Shown: piece by piece, positions 10,040 to 21,100 of the stretch
Layout of the letters: each line of letters begins with the position of its first letter
Numbering within the stretch: the stretch's first letter is position 1
NCBI GenBank assembly: GCA_963666515.2
Contig: OY762897.2
Span: forward strand, 3,968,001 to 4,032,000
From: Candidatus Binatia bacterium
GTDB lineage: Bacteria > Desulfobacterota > Binatia > UBA9968 > JAJDTQ01
Direction of reading: 5' to 3'
DNA: 64,000 nucleotides
Position numbers and translations under genes: made by a program
Notes under the pieces: model-generated
The model's input: only the letters and a program-made list of their open reading frames with translations
Databases searched by the model: none
What the model was told of the DNA's origin: nothing

Positions 10040-10837
10040 ATGACCAACACGCGGTCGGTGTTCGCGCCGAAGGTTGACATCCCCCGGCGGCTCTACGCCT
10101 TCCTGAGCGCGGCCACCGTCCTCTCCATCCTGGGCCTCTGGTGCGTGCTGACCTACGGCGGCATCGCCGCGCCGGACTTCCTCGCCGCGCCGCACGAGAT
10201 CGCCGCGGCCGGCTGGGAGCGGGTGCGCGACGCCTCCCTGTTCCGGCACATGGGCGCGAGCCTGCTGGTGATCCTGTCGGGCTTCGCGCTGGCGTCGGTC
10301 CTGGCCGTGCCCCTGGGCATCCTCACCGGCAGCTTCCGGTTCGTCGCCGCCATCGTCGAGCCCGTCGCCGGCTTCATGCGCTACATCCCCGTCAGCTCCC
10401 TGATCCCGCTGCTGATCCTGTGGATCGGCATCGGCATCGAGCAGAAGATCGCGGTCATCTTCCTGGGCACCTTCTTCCAGCAGCTCGTCCTCTTCGCCGA
10501 CGTGTCCGCGCGGGTCAGCAAGGACCTCATCGACTGCGCCTACACCCTCGGCGCCAACCGCCGGCAGGTGGTGGGTCGGGTGCTGCTGCCGGCCTGCATG
10601 CCCGGGGTGATGGACAACCTGCGGGTCACCATGGGCTGGGCCTGGACCTACCTGGTGGTGGCCGAGATCGTCGCCGCCAACACCGGCTTGGGCTACATGA
10701 TCCTCAACGCCATGCGCGGGCTGGCCACCGACGTGATCCTGCTCGGCGTCCTCACCATCGGCCTGCTCGGACTGCTCACCGACCTCCTGTTCAAGCTGCT
10801 GCGGCGCAGGCTGCTGCCCTGGTCGTCCACCTTCTGA
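10040..10837 (+). CDS. ABC transporter permease (SsuC/TauC-like)
   Basis: EAA-like loop DCAYTLGA and WTYLVVAEIV...GLG. Confidence 0.9.
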   Translation: MTNTRSVFAPKVDIPRRLYAFLSAATVLSILGLWCVLTYGGIAAPDFLAAPHEIAAAGWERVRDASLFRHMGASLLVILSGFALASVLAVPLGILTGSFRFVAAIVEPVAGFMRYIPVSSLIPLLILWIGIGIEQKIAVIFLGTFFQQLVLFADVSARVSKDLIDCAYTLGANRRQVVGRVLLPACMPGVMDNLRVTMGWAWTYLVVAEIVAANTGLGYMILNAMRGLATDVILLGVLTIGLLGLLTDLLFKLLRRRLLPWSSTF

Positions 10838-10851
10838 GCCTGGTGAGAGCG

Positions 10852-11622
10852 ATGCTGGCCTTCGACCAGGTTTCCGTCCGATTCGACCTCCGGGGAAAGC
10901 CGCCGGTGACGGCCCTCGACCGGGTCTCCCTGGCGGTGGAAGACAGCCGGTTCTCGGTGGTCGTGGGACCGTCGGGATGCGGCAAGTCCACGCTGCTGCG
11001 GCTGGCCGCGGGGCTGCAGGCGCCCACCGAAGGCGGCGTCACCCTGGACGGCGAGCCCATCCTCGGGCCGTCCGCGGACCGCGGCATGGTCTTCCAGAGC
11101 TACACGCTGTTCCCCTGGCTCACCGTGCAGCGCAACGTCGAGTTCGGCCTCACCCTCAAGGGCGCCGGCAGGCCGGAGCGGGAGAGGGTCGCCGCCGGCC
11201 TGATGGAGCAGGTGGGCCTGGCCGGCTTCGAGCACGCCTACCCCGAGCAGCTATCGGGCGGCATGAGGCAGCGGGCGGCGATCGCGCGCGCCCTCGCCAA
11301 CGACCCCCGGATACTCCTCATGGACGAGCCCTTCGGCGCCCTCGACAGCCAGACCCGCCAGCTCATGCAGCAACTGCTGCTCGACGTGTGGGAACGCGAC
11401 CACAAGACCGTGCTCTTCATCACCCACGACACCGACGAGGCCATCTTCCTCGCCGACACCGTGCACGTCATGACCGCCCGCCCCGGCCGCATCAAGCGGT
11501 CGCTGTCCATCGACATCCCCCGCCCGCGCAGCGCCGACACCCTCACCTCCACGGACTTCATCCGCCACAAGCGCGAGATCCTCGCGCTCATGCGCGACGA
11601 GGCGTTGCGCAGACCGCAATGA
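10852..11622 (+). CDS. ABC transporter ATP-binding protein (SsuB/TauB-like)
   Basis: GPSGCGKST, LSGGMRQR and LLMDEPFGALD motifs. Confidence 0.92.
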   Translation: MLAFDQVSVRFDLRGKPPVTALDRVSLAVEDSRFSVVVGPSGCGKSTLLRLAAGLQAPTEGGVTLDGEPILGPSADRGMVFQSYTLFPWLTVQRNVEFGLTLKGAGRPERERVAAGLMEQVGLAGFEHAYPEQLSGGMRQRAAIARALANDPRILLMDEPFGALDSQTRQLMQQLLLDVWERDHKTVLFITHDTDEAIFLADTVHVMTARPGRIKRSLSIDIPRPRSADTLTSTDFIRHKREILALMRDEALRRPQ

Positions 11623-12003
11623 TGAAGGCGCAGGGCATTCACACCTGCCTCGACCCTTTTGCTTGACATCCTCAGTCATATTGGTGTCGCAAAATGCGAC
11701 GCTCGTCTCATTTTGAGATAAATCCGTACGGATTCTTCAAAACTTCCTCTAAAACAATAGGTTAGCGGCCTAAAAAGGACCGTCGAGCCTTCTTCTTCTG
11801 TGCATTTACGGTAAATATATAATGTCTATTGCATGTCTAACGCTAGACCAACTCCTGTAAGGGTCGCTTATCCATGACGTCCAAACCTGGCCTGAAATTT
11901 CCTTCCATCCATGGTCACTGATTCCGACCTTCTAAAAACACTTTCCATTCTACAAAGAGGATGTTTGTGCCCGGCATCGAGCGTCTTTCCTACCGTTCTT
12001 CCC

Positions 12004-12115
12004 TGTCGCAATTCTGCGACAAATCCAGCGACGCCGTCGTTTTCCCCAAGGTTATCTAACCCATTGAATTAATTAGCTTTATTCCCATTCCCAGGGGCTT
12101 GGCACCATCTTTGCT
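12004..12115 (+). promoter_or_regulatory. Sigma-54-type promoter with upstream activator palindrome and IHF-like site
   Basis: TGGCAC-N5-TTGCT at 12100-12115; TGTCGCA-N4-TGCGACA at 12004-12021 (second copy at 11685-11701); IHF-like ATTCAATGGGTTA on the minus strand at 12057-12069. Confidence 0.7.
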
Positions 12116-12183
12116 ACTGTAGATCGGGTTGCGAGAAGGACAGCGCCTTTTCCGTCGGATGTCGCTGTCGAGGAGGTAGCCCG

Positions 12184-15100
12184 ATGCTCAGCCTTTTGAC
12201 CAAGCGTTTGACCACCGTTGCAAGCCGGAAGCGAGCATGCGCTCGCTGCTGCGACCCGCACAACGCGCCGATTCGGGTCGCCAAGCGCCGCGTCGCTGGA
12301 TTCGCCGCAACGGCGTTGCTTGCGCTTATTGGTCTGATCGCGACCGACGCGTCCGCACAACAACGCTTCGGCCTCTTAGTGCAGACCACCACCGTGAACG
12401 AAGGGAGTTCGGCTCAGACGATCAGGGTGCGGGTCACGGACAATCAATTCGATAGGCAATACACCCTGAACGGGACGCTGGCTGTCGGCAAGAGCGGCGA
12501 CGGCGCCACCGAGGGCACCGACTACGAGACGGTGGCCGACATCAGCTTCTCGATGACGAAGGACGATACGACGAAGTGGGTGGAGTTCACGCTGACGCCG
12601 AAGCAGGACACCGCGGTTGAGGGGAACGAGAGCATCACGGTGACCGTCAGTGCCTTCGGCTACTCCGATGCAAGCCGCACCATAACACTGACCGACGACG
12701 AGATCAGCCTGTCTACGGACGTGAAGGTGGCGTTTGAGAACGACGACGACACTGTCGTCACGGTGACAGCCACGGCGGCCAGCACGTCGGGGTCGGCGCG
12801 CACGGTGACGATACAGGTGGGTAAGAGCACCGACAGCGCCACCGAGGGCACCGACTACGCCACCGTGGCCGACTTCGACATCACGATCACGGCCAACGCC
12901 AGCAGCGGCACCGGCACCTTCACCCTGGCGCTCATCGACGATACGACGTCGGAATCATCGGCAGCGGACGAGTCGATCTCGATATCCGGCAGCATCTCGG
13001 GCGGTGTTACAGCGTTAGGAACCTCCATAAAGATCTACGACAACGACATCGCGCTGTCGGTGAACCCGTCGAGCGTAAGTGAAGAGGGTTCTCCGGTATC
13101 GGTCACGGTGACGGCGTCGGGTGGCGTGTTCTTCCGGTCGCGGACGATCCGCGTGTCCGTGGGCGGCGGCTCCACGGCAGGCATGGACTACGTTGCGGTA
13201 GATGACTTCAGCATCACGATAGCGGCCAACGAGCGCAGTGCCGCTAGCACCTTCACGTTGACGCCGATCGACGACGGCATTACCGAAGACTGGGACTACG
13301 TCGGGATCGGGGGGAGTTCCCCGCACGCATCGGTAAACGGCACCCGAATCTCTCTGAACGACAACGACCGAGACCCCGATTTTCTGGTACAGGCGGACGT
13401 GTCGACCTTGGGCGAGAACGGCGGCGCGAAGACGGTCACGGTCACCGTGGTCGACAATCGTGACAACAAGGTCGGCAACATCGACGTGGACATTGGTGTG
13501 GGCAGGAGCACCGACAGCGCCACCGAGGGGACCGACTATGCGACGGTCAGTGACTTCAACATCCGGGGCCAGTACGGCCAAACAACGGTGGATGGAACCT
13601 TCACGCTGACGCCGACCAACGATGCGACTCCCGAGGGGACCGAGAGGATCGCGGTATATTCGACCGATCAAAGCATCTACAACTACCGAGATGCGTTCAT
13701 CAACCTGACCGACGACGACGGCGGCACGATCACCCTGTCGGCCAACCCGTCGAGCGTGGGCGAGGGCGCTTCGGCCACTACGGTGACGGTAACCGCGACC
13801 GCGGACAAGGCGCAGTCGGCGGCGAGAACGGTGAAGGTGTCCCTGGGCGGCAGCGGTTCGGCCACCTACGGCGAGGACTACTCGACGGGGAACAGCTACA
13901 GCTTCGACATCACGATCGCCCAGAACGCCTCGAGCGGCACGGGCACGTTCACCCTGACGCCCACCCAGGACACGCTGGTGGAGGGCAACGAGACGGCCGG
14001 GATATCGGCCCGTAGCAACGGTTTCTCGATCACCGGGACGAGCGTGACACTGAGCGACGACGACACCGCCCCGGCGGTGAACCTGAGCGTCAGTCCAACC
14101 AGTTTGGGCGAGGGAGACTCCGGCACCAAGGTGACCGTGACCGCGGCGTTCTCGAACACGAACACGTACGAGTCGGACAAGACCGTGGCGGTATCGGTCG
14201 GCGGCACCGGCACGGCCACCTCGGGCACGGACTACGCGGCCGTGTCGAACTTCAACATCACCATCCCGAAGGGCAAGACCAGCGGCACCGGCACGTTCAC
14301 CCTGACGCCGACCAACGACACCTCGGTCGAGAACCACGAGACCATCGGCGTGGCGGGCACCTCCACGGGCCTGACGGTCAACGGCGCGACCCTGACCTTG
14401 AACGACAACGACAACGACGCGGTGACCTTGTCCGCGGACACGTCGAGCGTCGCCGAGGACGGCTCGGCTACGACGGTGACGGTGACGGCCACGGCCACCA
14501 ACTCGCTCAAGCGGTCGCGCACGGTGACGGTGGCGGTGGGCGGCAGTGGCGACGGCGCCACCGAGGGCACGGACTACACCACCGTCGACGACTTCACCAT
14601 CACCATCGCGGCCGACGCCACCAGCGGCACCGGCACCTTCACCTTGACGCCGACCCAGGACACGTCCATAGAGGGGGACGAGAGCATCGGCATTACGGGC
14701 AGCGGCACGCTGCTGACGGTCACCGGCACCAGCCTGAAGTTGACCGACGACGACGTGCGCACCATCGCGCTCTCGGCCAACAAGTCGACCGTCAGCGAAG
14801 GGGCGGGCGCGACGACCGTGACGGTCACCGCGACCGCCAACTCGGCGGTGACGGAAGCGACCACCGTGACCGTGTCGGTGGGCGATACCGGCGACGGCGC
14901 CACCTCGGGCACGGACTACACCGCGGTGGACGATTTCACCATCACCATCGCGGCCGACGCCACGAAGGGCACGGGGACCTTCACCCTGACGCCGACCCAG
15001 GACACCACCTACGAGGGCGAGGAGTCGGTCTCCGTGACCGGCACCAGCTCGCCCCACACGGTAACCGGCACCAGCCTCGCCATCGGCAACGACGACGGGA

Positions 15101-18100
15101 TGGGGATCACGCTGTCGGCGAATCCGACCAGCGTGGTCGAAGGCGGGGGATCGACATCGGTGACGGTGACCGCGACCGCGAATAAGACGGCGTTGGCCGA
15201 TATTTCCGTCACGGTGCAGGTGGGCAAGAGCACCGACAGCGCCACCGAGGGCACGGACTACCCCACGGTGAACGACTTCACCCTGAAGATCGACAAGGGC
15301 GAGAAGACCGGCACGGCCACGTTCAACCTGATCCCCAACTCCGACAAGAAGGACACGGAAGCGAACGAGACGATCTCGGTCGACGGCAGCAGCTCGCCCC
15401 ACACCGTGACCGGCGCCAGCCTGACGTTGACCAACGCGATTGCCACCAACCCGATCACGCTGTCGGTGAGTCCGTCCAGCGTGGGGGAGGCGGCGGGCGC
15501 AACGACGGTGACGGTGACCGCGCGCATGCAGACCTCCTTCAAAGGCAAAGGCGACGTGACCGTTACGGTGGGCACAAGCGGTAGCGCCAAGTCGGGAACC
15601 GACTATGGCGCGGTGTCGGACATCAAGTTGAGCTTCACGACCGACAAACCCACGACGGCGACCGGCACCTTCACGCTGACCCCGACCGACGACGCGGTGG
15701 TGGAGAACAACGAGACGGTGTGGGTGGACGGCTCCTCCAGCTACGGGCAGGTGGTGGGCGCCAGCGTGACGATCAACGACAACGACGGGGCGGCGATCAC
15801 GCTGTCGGCGAACAAGACCAGCGTGAGCGAGGGGGCTTCCGGAACGTCCGTGACGGTGACGGCGACCGCCGGCGCGGCGAGCTCGAACGCACGCACGGTG
15901 ACGGTGGCGGTGGGAGCAAACGGCGACGGGGCGATCGAGGGCACGGACTACGCGGACGTATCGGACTTCAGCATCACCATCGCGGCCAACGCCACCAGCG
16001 GCACGGGCGCCTTCACCCTCACCCCGACCCAGGACACGGTGGTCGAGGGCAGCGAGAGCCTGACGATCTCGGGCAGCGGCACGGGCCTCAACGTGACCGG
16101 CACGAGCGTGAGCCTGACCGACGACGACACCGCGCCGTCGGTGAACCTGAGCGTGAGTCCGACCAGCGTCACCGAAGGGGCGAAGGATTCGGGGCTTCTG
16201 GTGGGCAGCTACAAGACCGTCACCGCGACGGCGACGTTCTCCCCCGCCAAAACCTACGACCACGACCGGACCGTGGCGGTCTCGGTGGGCGGCAGCGGCA
16301 CGGCCACCTCGGGCACGGACTACACGGCGGTGTCGAACTTCAACGTCAAGATCAACGCCGGGGCGACGAGCGGCACGGGTACGTTCCAACTGACTTCGTC
16401 GGACGACGATGTCTACGAGGGCGACGAGACCATCGGCGTCGCCGGCACGTCCACCGGCCTCACGGTCAATTCGGTCAACCTGACCCTGGCCGACAACGAC
16501 AGCGCCGCGGTGACGGTTGACGACGCCAGCGCCACCGAGGGCAGCAGCATGACCTTCACCGTGACGCTGGACAAGGCGGTGCAGGGCGGGCTGAAGGTGA
16601 CGCCGAGCTATACCAACGTGACCGCCGCGGACGCCGACTACACGGCGAACACGGCCGCGCTGACCTTCAGCGGCACGGCCAACGAGACCCGGACCTTCAC
16701 GGTCTCGACCGTTGACGACGAAGTGGTTGAAGCCACCGAGACCTTCACCGTGGGCCTGAGCGTCTCCGACGCGCCCTCGGGCGTGACGTCCACCGATACG
16801 GGCACGGGCACCATCAACCGGGTCGCCGGGAGCGGCGGCGACACCGCGACCGTGACCATCAACGACGCCAGCGCCGAAGAAGGCAGCAGCATGACCTTCA
16901 CGGTGACGCTGGACAAGGCGGTGCAGGGCGGCCTGACGGTGACGCCGAGCTATACCAACGTGACGGCTGCGGACGCCGATTACACGGCGAACACGGCGGC
17001 GCTGACCTTCAGCGGCACGGCCAACGAGACCCGGACGTTCACGGTCTCGACTACCGAAGACGACGTGATGGAAGCCACCGAGACCTTCACCGTGAGCCTG
17101 AGCGTCTCCGACGCGCCCTCCGGCGTGACGGTCACCGACACCGGCACCGGCACCATCAACAACGATGACAGCGCGACGGTGACGGTGAACGACGCCAGCG
17201 CGGCCGAGGGCAGCAGCATGACCTTCACGGTGACGCTGGACAAGGCGGTGCAGGGCGGGTTGACGGTGACGCCGGATTTCACGGACGGAACCGCCGTTGA
17301 GGGCACGGACTACGACGCGAACACGGCGGCGCTGACCTTCAGCGGCACGGCCAACGAGACCCGGACGTTCACGGTTTCGACTACCGAAGACGCGGTGATG
17401 GAATCCAACGAGACTTTCACCGTGGGGTTGAGCGTCTCCGACGCGCCCTCCGGCGTGACGGTCACCGACACCGGCACCGGCACCATCAACAACGATGACA
17501 GCGCGACGGTGACGGTGAACGACGCCAGCGCCGACGAAGGCGACAGCATGACCTTCACGGTGACGCTGGACAAGGCGGTGCAGGGCGGGTTGACGGTGAC
17601 GCCGTCGTACACGGACGTGACCGCCGTTGAGGGCACGGACTACGACGCGAACACGGCGGCGCTGACCTTCAGCGGGACGGCCAACGAGACCCGGACGTTC
17701 ACGGTTTCGACCACCGAAGACGCGGTGATGGAATCCAACGAGACTTTCACCGTGGGGTTGAGCGTCTCCGACGCACCCTCTGGCGTGACGTCCACCGACA
17801 CGGGCACGGGCACGATCAACAACGACGACGGCGCGACCGTGACGGTGAACGACGCCAGCGCCGACGAAGGCGACAGCATGACCTTCACGGTGACGCTGGG
17901 CAAGGCGGTGCAGGGGGGTCTGACGGTGACGCCGGATTTCACGGATGGAACCGCCGTCGAGGGCACGGACTACGACGCGAACACGGCGGCGCTGACCTTC
18001 AGCGGGACGGCCAACGAGACCCGGACGTTCACGGTCTCGACCACGGAGGACGCGGTGGTGGAGGGCGATGAGACCTTCACGGTGGGGTTGACGGTTTCCG

Positions 18101-21100
18101 GCACGACCCTGGGAGTGACGGCGACGGACACGGGGACCGGGACGGTGGAGGAGGACGACGGCACGACGGTGACGGTGAGCGACGCAAGCGCTTTGGAAGG
18201 GGAGTCCACGACCTTCACGGTGACGCTCTCCAATGCGGTGCAGGGGGGTCTTACGGTGACGTCGTCGTACATGGACGTTACGGCGGACAAGAGCGCGGAC
18301 TACACCGAGAACACGACGGCGCTGACCTTCACGGGGACGGCGAACGAGAGCCGGACGTTCACGGTCTCGACCACGGAGGACGCGGTGGTGGAGGGGGACG
18401 AGACGTTCACGGTGGCGCCGGCCATATCCGGGCTGTCCACCGGGGTGAGTGGGGTGACGAGGGTTTCCGGCACGGGGACGATCACCGACGACGACAGCAC
18501 GGAGATCACGCTGACTGCGAATCCGGCGAGCGTGGATGAGAACGCGACGGCGACGGCGGTGACGGTGACGGCCGAGACCGACGGGGACACGTTCAAGACC
18601 GCCCGCACGGTGACGGTGAGCGTGGGCGACAGCGCCGACAGCGCGGATTCGGGCACGGACTACGCGGCAGTGAGCGATTTCACCATCACGATCACCGCCG
18701 GTCAGACCGGCGGGACGGGGACGTTCACGCTGACGCCGACGGACGACACGGAGATCGAGGGTGACGAGGCGATCACGGTAGCGGGCGCGTCCACCGGCCT
18801 GACGGTCAACGGGACCAGCGTGACTCTGGCGGACGACGATTTCGACATTTCGTCGGCGGCGACCTTTGCGGACGCCGAGGCGGTGGAGGGGGAGCCGCTG
18901 ACGTTCACGGTGACGCTGAACAACGGGGTGAAGAACGGGTTCGAGGTGACGCCGGTGATCACCGGGGGGACGGCGACGTCGGGGCAGGACTACAAGACGG
19001 AGTTGAGTCCGTCGCTGCTGGTGTTCGCGGGCACGGCTGGGGAGCAGCAGACGTTCACGGTCACGACCATCGACGACCGTGTGGTGGAGCACGAGGAGAC
19101 GGTGACGGTGAGCTTCGAGGTATCGGACACACGTGTGAGCGGGGTGCCGGATTCGGCTTTGGGATTGATCGTGGACAACGACGTGGCGAGGCTGAAGATA
19201 AGCAACGCTCGTGCGGAGGAGGGGGATTCACTGACGTTCACGATGACGTTGAGCAACACGGTATCGGGAGGATTCAAGGCGCGGCCGGTTTTCATGGACG
19301 GGACCGCGGTTGAAGGATCGGACTACCAGGGGAACCGACCGACGCTGGAGTTTTCGGGGACGTCCGGAGAGAGCCGGTCGGTGACGGTTCCGAGCCTGGA
19401 GGACGGTGTTGTGGAGCCCGAGGAGTGGTTCAACATAGGGCTTTCGATATCGGGGGCTCCTGCGGGGTTGCGTGTAGGAGCGGGGGTGGGAGTGATCGAG
19501 GACGATGACGAGGCGGTGTTGACGGTATCGGATGCGCGCGGGGAGGAGGGAGAAGGGCTGGTATTCACGGTGACGCTGGACAACGCGGTCCAGTCGGGCT
19601 TCACGGTGCGGCCGGTGTTCACGGACGGGAGTGCGGAGGAAGGGGTGGACTACCGGGAGAACCGTTCGGCGCTGGAGTTTTCGGGCGTGGCGGGAGAGAG
19701 CCATACGTTCGAGGTATCGAGTCTTGAGGACGGTGTGGTGGAGTACGACGAGGACTTCACGGTGGGTCTGGATACGACGGAGGTTCCTGCGGGGGTCAAG
19801 GTGGTGAGCGGGGTAGGAGTGATCGAGGACGACGACGAGGCGGTGTTGACGGTTTCGGACGCGAGCGCGAAGGAGGGGGAAGCGCTGGTATTCACGGTGA
19901 CGCTGGACAGTGCGGTACAGTCGGGCTTCACGGTGCGGCCGGTGTTTACGGACGGGAGTGCGGAGGAAGGGGTGGACTACACGGAGAACCGTCCGGCGCT
20001 GGAGTTTTCGGGCGTGGCGGGAGAGAGCCGTACGTTCGAGGTGATGAGCCTTGAGGACGCGGTGGTGGAGTACGATGAGGAGTTCACGGTGAGTCTGGAC
20101 CTGAGGGAGGGGCCGGGCGGGTTGCAGACGGGGGCTCCAGGGACGGGGACGATCGTGGACGGGACGGAGACGGTGGTGAGGGTGTCGGAGGCACGGGCGG
20201 AGGAGGGGGAGGACTTGGTTTTCACGGTGACGCTGGAGAACGCGGTGGTGGGGGGTCTGAGGGTGACGCCGAGCTACGCGGACGGGACGGCGTTGGAAGG
20301 GACGGATTACACGGAGAACGTGACGGTGCTGACGTTTGCGGGGACGGCGGGGGAGAGCCAGGAGATAGCGGTGTCGAGCGTGGAGGACGGGTTGGTGGAG
20401 GGGGACGAGACGTTCACGGTGAGGGTGGGCGTGACGGAGGCTCCGGTAGGGGTGAAGGGTTCGGAGGGGACGGGGACGGTTGAGGACGACGACCGCCGGG
20501 GCGAGGGGGTCGAGGTGAGGGTGACGGACGTGACGGTGGAGGAGGGTTCACCGCTGGTCTTCACGGTGAGCCTGGCGCAGGCGGTGACGGACAACATCGT
20601 GATCCTTCGATACGCGACGCGAGACGGCACGGCCCATGCAGGGGAGGACTACACAGCGGTTTCGGGCACGTTCACGTTTGCGGCGGGGGAGACGGAGAAG
20701 ACGGTCGAGGTTGCGACGTTGGACGACGAGTTCGATGAGGGTTCGGAGACGATGGAGTTGCGGCTGAGCGAAGCGGTGAACGGGAAGCTGGAAGACCCGA
20801 TAGGGGTGGGGACGATCGAGAACGACGATCCGTTGCCGTCGGCATGGTTGGCGCGGTTCGGACGGACGGTAGGGGAACACGTGATGGGGGCGATCGACGC
20901 GCGGCTGCACGGGGACTCGACGGGCTCACACCTGACGGTGGGGGGAGTGACGGCGCAGAAGCCTGAGGAGGGCGAGGGGAGGCGACGGGTGGGGTCGTCC
21001 GGGCTGTCGGAGGCCGGAGAGTGGGAGGGCTTGGCGAGGGGCGAAGGGAAGGGAGCAGGCTGGGCGGTTGCGCCGGGGGACAGAGCGTTCGGGTTCGGCG

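Noticed and set aside
13015-19092. 2025-aa minus-strand ORF and many periodic ~110-aa ORFs
   Set aside because: Antisense shadows of the repetitive, GC-rich adhesin gene.
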